Below, piece after piece: positions 45,136-59,749 of a stretch of DNA of 64,000 nt. Both the position numbers and the translations under genes were made by a program. The DNA is from the human T2T-CHM13v2.0 reference genome, Homo sapiens. The notes beneath the pieces are model-generated. The model was not told the origin of the DNA. It was given only the letters and a program-made list of their open reading frames with translations, and did no database searches. Location of the stretch: assembly GCF_009914755.1 (NCBI RefSeq), contig NC_060929.1; one strand, written 5' to 3'. Within the stretch, counting starts at the first letter, position 1; each line of letters opens with the position of its first letter.

Positions 45136-46551
45136 TCACTGGGACCTTGGATATCCAGTGCAGCATTAGTAATTTCTAATTTAACAAATTAATTGGTCCT
45201 CTCGTATGAATTTTGATTTCTTGTCTTAGTGTGAATTAGTCACACAGACTCTATTTAAGCTTTAAAATTGTCCTGGAGAGAATTTCATTATTCAGCACCA
45301 AAGCCTAAATCATGGAATGTGGCAACTTAGTCAATGAATCAACATACAGACCCTATGAAACCAACTTTCCTTCACTTAGACCAATGTCTGCAGATCACTC
45401 AATTTCATTGAGAAAATCTCTGTATCTTATCCGGGGACTAATACCTGGCTGTTAAATTTTGCTTTGTTATCCTTCTGTTATAAACTAGCAACATTACTAA
45501 ATTAAATGTATAACATCAAAATCTATCAAGAACATAACTAGAATAAAGAAAAGTCCTTTAGAATAGCATATAGATATAAAGACTTTGTTATAGACTGGCA
45601 CTTATCTGGAAGTGTTGCTTGGAAGTCCCTGCCCTGAGGAAAACAACTACCATCTAAATTTGTACTGATTTACATAGCATAATCTTTCCTCCTTTTCTTA
45701 TTTTTTTCAGAATAAATAGATGAAATGTAGATGATAGATAGGTAGATAATAGATAGTAGCATAATCCAGGAGAGACAGTTCGTATGCATAGTTCTTAGAC
45801 TAGGGGCAGAATGGCAGGGCTCAAAAACAGAACATATATACATTTCTCATATATTACAATATATTACAATTAATTTCTCATATATTACATCCCTGAAAAC
45901 TCAATGGACATTTCAGGGTTATGCTTTGTAGAAAAGTGTGGCTCAATTGGACACAAAAACCCCATAAATATATTTTAGAATAAGAGCCTCTAAGAATCCA
46001 AGATATTCCTCAAAAGTTTATTCAGATATGAAAAAATAACATTGATTTCAACTAATTTCCTTTTCTCAACTCATCAAATCCTTTAATTTATTGGACAAAC
46101 ATAAAACATTAAATGGAGCTCTATTCCCAAAGGCTTCCATTTGGAGCATTACAAATGAAATTCTAATTGATCTGAAATCACTAATATCCTTAACCACCTA
46201 AAAGCTAAAGAACTGGCTTTTTTTTTTTTTTTGTCTTTGTTTAGTGAGGCATCCTGAAAGTGGAAAATAGCTAACTTGAGGAATTTTGGTAAACCTCTTC
46301 AAACTCCCAAAACAACCAAATCAGGTTATTTATTCAGGCCCAAATATTTTTGTAGCACCTAGGATTTCAGAAACTAAAGAAAGCTGCAGGCTCATCCCAT
46401 ATAAATCGTGGATGCACTTAAGGTGATAAATTTTAAGTGCATTCTGTGCCGATCCAAAATTAACGATGCAGATTTCTTGAGAAAATATCACAAAATAAGT
46501 TGTGATGTCAGAAGATTAATGAGTCCCCACATTATCAAATGGAAGAGTAGA

Positions 46552-46737
46552 GCAGCACAGTCCACTAGAAATGTCCATGGTTATGAAAATACTCTATGTC
46601 TGCAGTCACCAAAATTATATCTGCTCACCACAAATTGAGCACTTGAAATGTGATTAGTATGAATGAGAATATAGTTTTTAGTTTCACGTAATTTTAATTT
46701 TATTTTAATAGCTATACAACTAGTAGACATCACAGGT
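46552..46737. mobile_element. MER3-like hAT MITE
   Basis: ttgagcacttgaaatgtgattagt core. Confidence 0.55.
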
Positions 46738-47378
46738 TTAGAACTATGGGACAAAGGTTCTACTAAGTGATGTAAAGCATGGAAATTGAAAAAGATACTA
46801 AAGATTAAATAACGACTTTTTTCAACAAAAATACTGTTTTAAATATCAAGACTTATTTCAAGTAAGAAATAAAACTTCGAATTTACTTAAGTGAATAGTT
46901 ACGCTATTTAAAGGTGATCAAAAACTAGAGCAAACCAAAGCATACCAATGCATTTTGTATTTGGAATGCAGATCCACAATATTAGATTAAACATATTTTT
47001 GTTTCATGACATAATCTTTTCATATATCCATGCCTGATTCCTTTTATATTATTCCTAAATTCATTCATAAGACTTTAGGAGGAAAAAAATAAGAAAAAAT
47101 GGCAACCTACCACCACCTAACATAAAACCTTTCACAATCAGTTTCATTAACTTTGTGGTCTTCTTTCCTCATAACATCTTCCCACAACTACATCTTCACA
47201 GAATAATATTAACTTCATAAGAAAAATGAAAGTCAGACATTTAAAATAACCCAGATGTTCTCCTCAAGGCCACCAGAGAGGGAAGCTTTGCATTTTCAAG
47301 TTAGATTAAAAGATTTGTTGTGCAACTAATACAAGCAAATGAGCAAAATAAGAAATATACTGGGAAAATGCACTCTAA

Positions 47379-48024
<646 letters not shown>

Positions 48025-48319
48025 AGAAATTCAACAGTAGGAGAATAGAAAAACATAGCAGAAACCACAAGTGTAGACCTTTAATTATACAAAGAACTTT
48101 CACTAAGCAATCAGTACTTCATCTGTGCGGTATCACCTCCACATACATTCATCTATATCATTAATTCACAAGAGTTTAATTAATCTTTTATGGTTTCTTT
48201 TATGAAAGCTCTGATTCAGAAAAACAAATATATGTGTGCATATTCATGTCTGGACTTATAACTTAAAACATGCATATGGTGGGTCTTTATACACTCAAGG
48301 AACAATATTTATAAGATAC

Positions 48320-48441
48320 CTGTCCTGGCTTGGCATTTTCACACACGGCTGTCTCATATGGCACAGATATTTCTGGAGGAAATTCATTTACATCTAAGAC
48401 ATTAATCAGTATATTGACTTTGCTGGTCAATAAAGGGTTAC
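48320..48441 (-). CDS. CDH12: Cadherin-12 internal exon (122 nt; end of EC4, start of EC5)
   Basis: Minus strand acceptor ttttaacag|GT and donor CAG|gtatct. Reads (S)[40 protein letters not shown], with the cadherin DxNE linker motif. Too short for the ORF track. Confidence 0.96.
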
Positions 48442-49759
48442 CTGTTAAAAACATATAAAGATAAAAGATGATTACAAAATCCGGTCAGTTATTGCTTCTA
48501 CAATAAATAGTATTTACATTTTTAAAAATCAGCCTTTATATAGAATGAAAAAAAATCCTTCTTATAGGAAATCCTGGGGGTTCCAACTACAAGATGATAA
48601 AGGATCCTTTTTATCTTTAGAATTCAATACCAAAGTAAGGCCAACTATTTAATTGATATTTTAACATAAGTGTAGCCCTTTCTAAAAGAATGACTTAGCC
48701 ATCATACCAGGGTTAGTTCACAGAACCAATCCTTACCAACAGTGATATTTTTCCCCAGATGAAAAATTGTCTATGTTGTACCCACATAATGAAAACGTTA
48801 TTGGTTGGATGATCTACATATTTAAATGACTCACTCAAAATGATTCCTCCTAGGAGATTCCTCCTGAAAAGAAGAACTATAACAAAAAAAAAAAAAAAGG
48901 GGAAAGAAGGCTCTTTATAAATGAAAAGTATTAAAATAAACTTAAGGAAGTAGAACTAAGAGATGGATTATGGAAAGCTAGTATACTTCCTTAAATTACT
49001 TGCTGGTGATAAAAAAGGAAGTAATAAACTTCTATGCAATAACTTACTTCTTCCTACTTCCTAGTATCAGAAAGACTGTCAGTTTGACAAGATGCTTCTG
49101 CCAAAATTCCATCACAGGTTTTGGTCCCACCTATGGATTATTATCTGGATCTCTGTCATTTACGGAATAAAACTAGAAAATAATTAAATCAATAAAGCAT
49201 AAAATAATGCACCTGTTTGAACTTGTGCAATATATAATTTTACCTTATGAAGTGTTGCAGATGGATGAACTGTTTTGCTGAAAAGACCTCTTGCTCAGAG
49301 GCAGAAAGCTAAATGAATGGGGAGTTTAGATCCAAACCCAGGATTATAAAAATCTAAAGACCATGTTTATTCCATCATACCTTCTCCATTGATTGGTTTA
49401 TGAGTTAAATTCTTCTGCAAAGCCACCAAAGACTTATAATATTCTTTTAGACATCTATCTAGAATACTTCAAAGAATGCATACAAAATCATTCCACACGA
49501 CTGATTTTGAAAGGTATACAATATCTTGCTTAGTTAAAATTCATTTAAAAAATACATAACAAGCGTTTGACACAATAGCTTTAACAGCATTCTGATATTC
49601 ACATATGACAGTGAAATCCATTATTTGTACCAATACCTACACAGATAACATAAATTGCGTATAAATAGTATGTTCTTATAATACCAGGCGTGCTTATAAA
49701 AGGTAGATTAATAATCTTGGAGAATTATTCAGAAAGTACATATTATTTAAAAATTGATA

Positions 49760-50340
49760 TTGGTCACAAGCCACTATCTTATTTAATAGAAACTGTTTGG
49801 CCCGGTTTTCACAAGTTGTTTCATCTTTCTTCAACTCAGTTTCCTTGTATGAAATACATGGTTTTCATAGGCCCTGCTTCATAGTGCTGTTGCATTAAAT
49901 GAGATGGTATTTTACAAGGTGTTTGATAAATTTTGGTAAATATCATTACTCATTACCATTTATACTTTGTGGAGGTGATCAAGATCTGTTTCTGTTATTG
50001 CTATCCATTATTTACACAGTATAAAATATAAATAAAAGTTAACAAGTTGGTTAAACTAACTTTACTTTTCTAAAGAAATTGGAAATTACAAACAACAGCA
50101 ATGCCTAATGCCTAATACTTTAGAATGCTTGCAATGTACAAATATTCAAAGCCACATTACAAACATGAACTAATTTAGACTTTACAGCAACTATGATATA
50201 GGCATTATTTTTATCTCCTTTGTGTAGGTGAAACTCTGAAGAGACAGGGATGTAATTTCTCAAATGTCATAAGTCAAAAGTGGTAAGGCTAGGTTTTGAT
50301 TCCAGCTGTTCTGATTCCACAGCTCATGCTCTTAAAATCT
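49760..50340. mobile_element. Two MIR fragments in opposite orientations
   Basis: actcagtttccttgtatgaaat (~49835) and attatttttatctcctttgtgtaggtgaaact (~50205). Confidence 0.55.
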
Positions 50341-51759
50341 ATTATATATTGAGCTTTAGATGAAAAAATAAACCACTTTGACAATTATATAGGTACTTAC
50401 AAAAAGACAACTAATTCATTTTATAAAGTTTAGTAAATGAATGTGAATAACTTAAACTACTCAACATCTGGGTAATGTAAAACTCAGTTTCTATTTTTTA
50501 TTTTACATAGTATATAATGTATGAGTCCTGCAGCTACATGAAAATGAGAATGTCTTTTTTACTTTATTTCAGTATTACAGTTTTGTTTTATTAAGTTGGT
50601 GTGACAATGGTATATCTTCCACAGGGGACAGGAGTTTTCCTAGAGATTTATTTTATAATATAAGAAAAAGTTATTAAAATGAATTTAGGCCTGGTTTATC
50701 TATCAGAAATTAATTCTCTTCTGCTAGTTGTAAATTATTTTCTAACCTACAAAATAGATTCTAATATCTGTTATGAGTAAATTGTCCCAAACTTATTCTT
50801 AATATTGTAATTTTTTTATTAACAGTGTTTCCCCAAAAGTACTATTGGCATTTTAGCTATGACAATGTTTTGTTGTGTGAAACTTCCCTGATCACTAGAT
50901 ATCCTACAGATATTTAGAAATATCTAATTTAGAAATATCTAAATTTCCTGAAGATTAAATGTCACAAGGCATCATTGTGGCAATACAAAATAAGTGTTCA
51001 AATAGAGAGAAAATAACAAAAAAGATGTTTACATTGTTGAAAATGAGTAACAAGTTTATCTGTTTAATAATATTACTCTCTCTTCTATCATGTATTTTCA
51101 AAACTTTCCATAATTAAACATTAAGAACGTCACCTAATATTTTTAAGTGGCCATTTAAGAAGCAACAACATCTCAGTTTGAGAACTATTGTACTCAAATA
51201 TGAATTGAAATTTTCACAAGAATGAATAATGCATAGGAGTAATACAGCATACTTTAATTTATATAGAGATATATTGTACTAAATTATTTTGAAAAGTAAT
51301 GACCTATTTTCTTACTGACTCATCTAATGAATATTTGGGGCAGCAACGATGAAATTCATTTAACCTTGATTCAGCATGAGTATTATTATACAATTATTTG
51401 AAAATAACACCATATGGAAATTAGTTACTGTTGAATACTTATGAAGGAAATTTAATTATGAACCTAGTAAACATTAAATAATCAAAGTCTTACACAATTA
51501 AGTGTTAAGTTCCCAATAATGAAACCATTTAAATTCCAATTATTACTGTTCCACATTGCCTATATTTAATAGCTAGTTACTAATTTGAGGCTCATATCAG
51601 ATAACAAATAAATAATTCTATGTTTGTCCCTTATACCTTCACAATGCTTTGTTAGATCTTCCTCTCTCTATCTTTCAATAATATCGGAGTCAGATCCTAT
51701 AGCATTTTGAGTCTATTTGATTTAGAACCTATTTCATTAATATTTTAATGTACAGCTAA

Positions 51760-52810
51760 ACTAAGAGAAAAAAAGGAAAATAATAAATTACCTAAATCTG
51801 AAATGAATTAACTACTTCTCATTATAAATGAAATAGAAAATGATAAAGGAATCTTTTAAATTGCTTTATGCAAGAACATAGTTAACAGGTGAAATTGACA
51901 AATTCCAACAAAATGCAAATTACCAAAACTGACTCAAGAATAAACAGAAAATCTTAACATAGTTAAAACAGTTAAGAAATGAACTTGTAATGAAAAATCT
52001 CCTCATCAAGTAAAGCCCACACCCAGGTGGCTTCATGAGGAATTCTATCAAATATTTAAGGAACAAATAATATCATTTTCTTACAGTCTCTTTCAGAAAT
52101 AGAGGAGGAAGCACTTACCGCTGAATCCTATGTGCCTTGATACGAAAACCAATTAAAAAATCACAAAAGCCAAAATCACTGACTATTGTTTCTTATAAAC
52201 ATAAATACAAACACTCCTTAACAAAATATTAACGAATTAATTCCAGCAGCAAGTTATACAGATAATATATTATGATGAATGGGTGTTTATCCTGGGGACA
52301 CGAGGTTGATTTAACATCCAAGAACAATCTCCATATTAATACAAGGAAGAACAAAATGTTACAAGGCTATCTCAATAGGCTTGGAATTTGCATTTGACAA
52401 AACCCTAGTCCATTCGTGATAAAAACTCTCAAGAAACAATAAATAAAAGGCAGCTTCCTCAACCTGATAAAGTATGTCTGTGAGAAACTAATATCACGGT
52501 AAAAGACTTTTTTATTCTAACACTGTGCACAGAATAAGAATATGTGCTCTTGAAATATATATATATCTTCAACATTGTCCTTGAGAATTTTATGCATTGA
52601 AATCAGACCCAAATATAAATTTTTAAATGGTATCCAGATGGAAAGAAAGAAATAAAATGATTATTGCTTAAAGATGACATGAACCTGTAGATGGAAAATG
52701 CTAAGGAATCTGCAAATAAACTTAGAGATATAATAAAGGAATACATCAAGTTCATGGGATAGGAGATAAATGTAAAATGACAATTGTACACTTAATATAC
52801 TAGCAACGTC
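51760..52810 (+). mobile_element. Old L1 ORF2 fragment
   Basis: ttaccaaaactgactcaagaa, cccaggtggcttcatg, gcatttgacaaaa, gatgacatga (RT DD region). Confidence 0.8.
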
Positions 52811-53625
52811 TAAATTTGTTAGTATATTAATTACCCTTCTATACTCAAAGGAAAGGAGGATAGATCTCACTTCTTGACCAAAGAAATGTCAGCTTAATTG
52901 TCAGAAGAACATGTCATATAGGATAGATTTTTAGGTGTGACATAATTAGAATCTGTAATCAGAAATCTCTTTTAGAAATGGGTTCACTGGGAACTACCAT
53001 TGCAACCTTTGATAAACCCTGGAAAACCTGAATTTTAAATATAAAAGAGAATTTAGGCATTATATAAACTTATAGTTCTCATGCTATTCTTCGTAGTGCT
53101 ACGTGGTTTCGTTAGGACTAAAGATAAGCTGTTGGCATCAACCACCATTTTCTTGATGTAATCTATTGAGATTCCACATAAGATTTTATTTGACAAAGTG
53201 TCCTGATCATCTACAAAGTTTGAAAACTATAGATGCATAGACATCTATTTATAGATGGAAAACATTGATATAATCTTTCCTATGATTTCTATTGGAGTCA
53301 AGACAGGAATCCAGATCTTCTCACAGTTTCTCAACGCTCTATGATAGCTATTAACTAACTCAGAGAGCAAGAAGATGGAATGCCTGAAATCTACCAACAT
53401 ATGTGATGATCAAGTATCCTCACTGAGTCACATTCAGAACTCATCTAGCCACCAGGCTATGAGGAAGCCCACTTTACATTCAAAGGACAAGGCAGAGCTT
53501 CTTAAAATTGTACCTCGTAGATGTGTTTCCAAGAACCAAATGAGAAGTGTAATTGAACATGTTTTGAAAATGGTAAAGTACTAATGAACACAAGGTTCTT
53601 GTTAGATTAAAATACACTGGAGTTA

Positions 53626-53977
<352 letters not shown>

Positions 53978-53986
53978 TTAAAATTC

Positions 53987-54552
53987 GGTATTGTGATTTC
54001 TCAAAGAACTTACAACAGAATTACTCTTCGACCCAGCAATCCCGTTATTGGGTGCATAGCCAATAGAATATAAATTGTTGTACCATAAGGACACATGCAC
54101 ATGTATGTTCATTGCAGCACTATTCACAATAGCAAAGACACAGAATAAACCCAAATGTCCATCAATGGTAGACTGGATTTTTAAAATGTGGCACATATAC
54201 ATAATGGAATACTATGGGGCCATAAGAAAGAATAAGATCATGACCTTTGCGGAAACCTGGGTGGAGCTGGAGGCCATTATCCTAAGCAAACTAACCTAAG
54301 AACAGACAACCCAATGCCACATGTTCTCAATTGTAAGTGGGAACTAAACTTTGAGTACATATGAACACAAAGAAGGGATAATAGACATCAGGGCCTACTT
54401 GAGGACAGAGAGTGGGAGGAGGGTGAAGATCAAAAAACTATTACCTAGTGACAAAATAATCTGTATGTCAAACTCCCATGATATGCAACTTACATACATA
54501 ACAAATCTGCACATGTACCCTTGAACCTAAAATGAAAGTTTTTTTTTTTTAA
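53987..54552 (+). mobile_element. 5'-truncated L1PA/PB 3' end
   Basis: gacccagcaatcccgttattggg; KDTCTCMFIAALFTIAK ORF2 C-terminus; 3' UTR. Confidence 0.92.
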
Positions 54553-54829
54553 AGTTAAAATTCAATTGTGTGACTGTGTTCTAAATTACAACTACAATAA
54601 CTTCTAGAATGGAATCTTAGCCTTTTATGCCATGAAACTGAATTATACTAGTGCAAACTCAGTAAGATATAATAAATGAATGATATAGGTTGACACAGGC
54701 TTTCTTTGACTTTTCTCTTTAGTTCAGTTATGTTTAAATGGCACATTAAATTATATCATGTCTAATATAATCTGTAGCTAGTCTGGGGAATCCATAAAGA
54801 TAATTTCTTCACCAATATACTTCTGTGAT

Positions 54830-55494
54830 TCCATAAAGGTGGATTCAAAGATTTTCTGATGGGCAATTGGTTGAGAGTGTTAAGTTATTATTTAAGGACC
54901 TGGAATCAATAAAAAGGAGTGTCTGGGTTAAGATTAGGGGTTGTGGAGACCAAGGCTCTTATTATATAGATGAAGCCTCTAGGTAGAAGGCTTCAGAGAG
55001 AATAGATGCTAAATGTCTCTTATCAGACCCAAAAAGGTACTAGATTCTTAGTTACATCTCTCCAGGATCAGGAAAAGACCTGAAAAAGAAAGAAAACGAT
55101 GTACAGAATGTAAATTTTCCCCCATGAGAAATAGCATTGCAGGCCCATTTCAAAATATGTCAAATAAATATATTTTGGAGTAAATTACTTTGATTCCTTT
55201 TAGGGCCTAGCTATCTGTCGTGTCATGTGATGTCACTAGAGTCAGGATGAAATTTGGTATCTTATTGCTACAAAGAGTCTGTTTCGTCATTCGTAAGATC
55301 TTTGTTTCAATGTTATTGCTGATCAGTTGTGCCTGATTTCCAAAAGGAACAGAGTATTGTGAGACATGTTCGACTCCCCTTCCCATCATCATAGCCTGAG
55401 CTAAGTTTTTCAGATTTACTTTGGAATCCTCTTGGTTGAGAGGAGAGGTCCATTCAGTGAGTTGTTGGGCTTAGAATTTTATTTTTGGTTTACA
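54830..55494 (-). mobile_element. MER4-group ERV1 LTR (partial)
   Basis: ggcttcagagagaatagat ... cttagaattttatttttggtttaca terminus. Confidence 0.8.
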
Positions 55495-55852
55495 CTGTAA
55501 CCAACATAAATTTTCAAAAGTACCGGTAAGATCAAGTTCTGTCTTTGATTATATCTCCTCAATGTGTACCTCTTTGCTTCAGGATAAAAATCAAAATATC
55601 AGAACATGCTGAGAAAAAAAATCATATTTGTCATCTGGATTTTCTTCATTATTGGGAGGCAAAGGGGATAGTGAGAGACAGAGGCACAGAGACCACAGAG
55701 AGAGTTTTACCTTGTACTTATCCTTGGTTTCTTTTCTCTTTCCTATTCTGAAATCCTGCATATTTTTCGGAATATTTTATGCTTTATTCCATTTCTAGAG
55801 CTTGATGTATGCTATTTCTGCCAACGAAAATATCTTTTTACCTTCTTACTAT

Positions 55853-55915
55853 TGATCCACCGACCTTGGCCTTCCAAAGTGCTGGGATTATAGGTGTGAG
55901 CCACCGTGCCTGGCC
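55853..55915 (-). mobile_element. Alu 5'-end fragment (~63 bp)
   Basis: tgatccacc...caaagtgctgggattataggtgtgagccaccgtgcctggcc only. Confidence 0.88.
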
Positions 55916-55972
55916 CAAATAGAATCTTTGATACTAAGAAGTTTATACTAAGAAGTATGAACTTGTAAGTAT

Positions 55973-56040
55973 CATCATATACTATATCATATTGAATCTA
56001 TTCCTATAGTAATTGATTCAATATGATATAGTATATGATG
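55973..56040. repeat. Inverted repeat with perfect 26-bp arms
   Basis: catcatatactatatcatattgaatc (55973-55998) is the exact reverse complement of 56015-56040. Confidence 0.97.
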
Positions 56041-56553
56041 TCAACAAGATAACAATTCCATGTAAAAACATTTTCTAATTGTGAATTCTCTCTTGCATGT
56101 GATATTAAAAAGAATTTTATCTACATGTCTAAATATAATTTTTATCCAAATTTCAACCTTTAGGTGAAAAGTTCATCATGTAGTTTTAATTTCCTGTGAT
56201 AATCAGATACTAATTAAGAAAAATATAAGCCTGGCATTATAGTTGTACATGTGATTTTGATGGAGCAATTAGATTGATTTAAAGTATTCTTAAGCAGTTT
56301 GATTACAGTAATGTACGCAAAAGCAGTTGAAAATTTAAGATAAAATACAGTCTATCACAATACAAATTTGGATTTCATTACATTTACATAGCATATAATA
56401 ATGAGAAAAATGGTATTATTTCTAAATTACACTGATGATTATGGTGATGTTAATGATTATTATTTCCGATGTATATGATACATTACAGTGCTTTACGAAA
56501 TGATGTGAAAACCTCATTAGTGATTCTTTCTTCGAAGTACTACTCTTCAAAGT

Positions 56554-57934
56554 TGTGATGGTTAATTTGAGTGTCAACTTGATTGGATTGAAGGATTCAA
56601 AATATTGTTCCTGGATGTGTCTATGAGGGTGTTGCCAAAGGAGATTAACATTTGAGTCAGTGAACTGAAAGAGGCAGACCCACCCTCAATTCAGGTGGGC
56701 CTCCATCTAATCAACTGCCAGTGGGGTTAGGATAAAAGAAGGCAGAAGAACGCGGAAGGACTGGACAAGCTGAATCTTCTGGCCTCCATCTTTCACCTGT
56801 GCTGGATCCTTCCTGCCCTCGAACATCAGACTCCAAGTTCTTCAGCTTATAAACTCTTGGACTTACACCAGCGATTTCCCTGGGGCTCTTGGGCCTTCAG
56901 CCACAGACTGAACGCTGCAACTATTGCCTTCCCTATTTTTGAGGTGTTGAGACTTGCACTGGCTTCCTGGCTCCTCATCTTGCAGATGGCCTGTTGTGGG
57001 ACTTCACCTTGTGATCCTGTGAATCAATTATCTTAATAAACTCCCCTTCAGATATTCATCTACTAAGGAATTCATCTACTAAGGAATATTCACCCTTATT
57101 TTGTTAAGAACATGTTTGTACATGTATACAGTTGTACTAAGAAAATATCTTTATTTCCTTTTTTTCTTTATCATGTGACATAAGATTTATTGACTTCATA
57201 TCAGCATTTAAATGTTGTTAACTTTATATAATAGCATTTAGGTTAATGATTAGTGTGCTTCTGGTTGTAAGAAGGATAACTGTACTATGTTAGGCATAAT
57301 TATGACCTTATTATTGTCTTCATTTGGTGATTATGTATGATTTCAGGAGATGTGTGTGGGTTCAAGTTGACAAAGGGTAGACTTGTGATGGTTAATACTG
57401 AGTGTCAACTTGATTGGACTGAAGGATGCAAATCATTGTTCCTGGGTGTGTCCGTGAGGGTGTTGCCAAAGCAGATTAACATTTGAGTCAGTAGAATGGG
57501 AGAGGCAGACTCACCCTCAGTCTGGGTGGGCACCATCTAATCAGCTGCCAGCGTGGCTAGGACAAAAGCAGGCAGAGGAACGTGGAAGGAATAAGCTCAC
57601 TGAGTCTTCCTGCCTTCATCATTCCCTTGTGCTGGATGGATATTTCCTTCCCTCAAACATCAGACCCCAAGTTCTTCAGGTTTTGGACTCTTGGACTTAG
57701 ACCAGTGATTTACCAGGGACTCTCGGTCCTTCTGCCACAGGCTGAAGGTTGCACTATTGGCTTCCCTACTTTTGAGGTTTTGGGACTCCTACTGGCTTCC
57801 TGGCTCCTCACCTTGCAGATGGTCTATTGTGGGACCTCATCTTGTGATCATGTGAGTCATTTCCCCTAATAAACTCCTTTTCATACATTCATCTATCTTA
57901 TTAGTTCTGTCCCTTTAAAGAACCCTAATATACA
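56554..57934 (+). mobile_element. Internally deleted HERVL: MLT2A LTR, ~300 bp of 3' internal sequence, MLT2A LTR
   Basis: Two direct copies of tgtgatggttaat..gagtgtcaacttgattgg at 56554 and 57384; the intervening sequence ends in a PPT-like gacaaagggtagact. Confidence 0.88.
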
Positions 57935-58269
57935 AGTACTAATAAAATATTGGCAATTCTAGTATAAGCCACACTTATCTTTCTTTGAGAATACAAAATA
58001 GTTTTATATAGTTACTTGGGAAAAAGAAAGGAAATTAGAACACAGTAAATAAACTACCTACACTCATGTAAAACAAGGCATTTACGAAAAATAAGAGGAA
58101 AGCAATAATTTGGGCAATTGAAAGAAGAAAGGATTGACATCAATTTGGAATTGAAACCAATGGTTATGTTTAGTCCTGAAAAGTCAACTACAGTCTTTGA
58201 GTAAGTACATATATTCATGGTAACTGATTCCACTCTTTTGTTTACTAAAATTTGAGAATGACACAGTGG

Positions 58270-58450
58270 GTCCCAAATCAGTGTTCCTTGGAGTTACTCA
58301 GGGAGCTTGTTTGAAATGGAGATTTCTTGGCAGTACTCCCAGAAAGTCTGATTCACCATGACTTGAAAGAGGTAGAAGAATCTTCCCTTTAGGAAATGTT
58401 CCAGGTGTCTCTGATGCAGGTGGCTGTGATTCACATTGAGGAAGGCCAGT
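58270..58450. mobile_element. MER5A-like MITE
   Basis: gggagcttgtttgaaatggagatttcttgg ... ccaggtg..tctgatgcaggtgg ... cacattgag. Confidence 0.65.
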
Positions 58451-59249
58451 AGAGAAGATAAAGGCCAAACCAAGGATGCCTATTCTCAAAGCGAATAGAA
58501 CTATTAATACCTTTTTTGAAAACAAGTCTGGCCAAATTAAGGAGAATATTTCTGCCCAAACACCACAAAGAATCCACACCTCTTTGTCACTTTGTTTCTC
58601 GTAAGGTTAACTATATAGTCACCCAGGTGAATACACTGTAAGCCAATCAGTGCTTGTTCACAGAAATGCAGGCCTAGGAACAGATAGGAAAAGTTGGAGA
58701 AGTGAAATGCTTCTTTGGATCCATAGTAAGCTGGGGGCACACAGGTAGAGGAGATAGAATGAGAAGGAGGGCAGACTCTTAGTCGCACCTGAAAAACTGC
58801 AGATTCTCACAAGTCTTTTAAGGCTCTGTTGAATGAAGCCTCAGCCTCCTCTCTGAATGTCTACTCCTTGACAGCAACTATACCACACTGCTTGCAATAT
58901 CTGACCTCAACATGACTTTTCATAGCTATGCCTTTGCTTAAAATGTTTCTTCAACCTAGAATGGCATCCTTCCTTCCATGATGATTTTCTTTTTTTTAAT
59001 ATTTTAAATCCTTAACTCATATGGAGCTTCCTATGTGACACTATGTTTAGGTCTTCAAAGTAATTTTTTTAAAAAAAATAATTACTTATTATATTCTTTC
59101 TGGGAGCACTCTGAATTTTGATTTTATATTTAATGTATTTAGCCAGATTGTTGCATTTCTCTTGACATTTTCAGTGCCTAGAGGCCAACAAATATGGTTT
59201 CTAATTTTTTCTCTTTTTTCAATTGACTTGTCTGATTGCCAAGAGCCCA

Positions 59250-59749
59250 TATGGTAGGCAAGCTTCTATAATGGCTCCCAACGATCCCCACCTCCTGATA
59301 TTCACACCCTCATGTAACTCTTTTCCTTTAAGTATGGTCTGAAGCTAGTGGCTTGCTTCCAATAAAGAGAATGTGGGAAAAGAGGAGATGTCATTTCTGA
59401 CATTAAGTTATAAAAAGCTGACTTTCATCTTGCTGGCACTTTCTCTTTCTCTTGCTCATTTTGATCATGCCAGCTGCCATGTTACAAACTGCTCTATGGA
59501 GATGCTCCTGTGGCTGGAAACTGAGGGCAGCTTCGGATCAAACAGCAGTGTGGAATAGTTGCTCGTCCAACAGCCTACAAGCACACTGAATCTTGCTATC
59601 AACCACTGAGTCAACTTAATTGCAGTCTTACAAGAGAAACCTTAGAGAACAAAGATTCACCATAAATGGATTCCTAACTCTCCTAACTGTAAAATAATAC
59701 ATGTTGTTTAAACTACCAAATTTGTAACATAGCATAAGTAACTAATACC
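59250..59749 (+). mobile_element. MLT1F/G-like LTR
   Basis: tggtaggca..tctataatggctcccaacgatccccacctcctg ... catagcataagtaactaatac. Confidence 0.75.
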
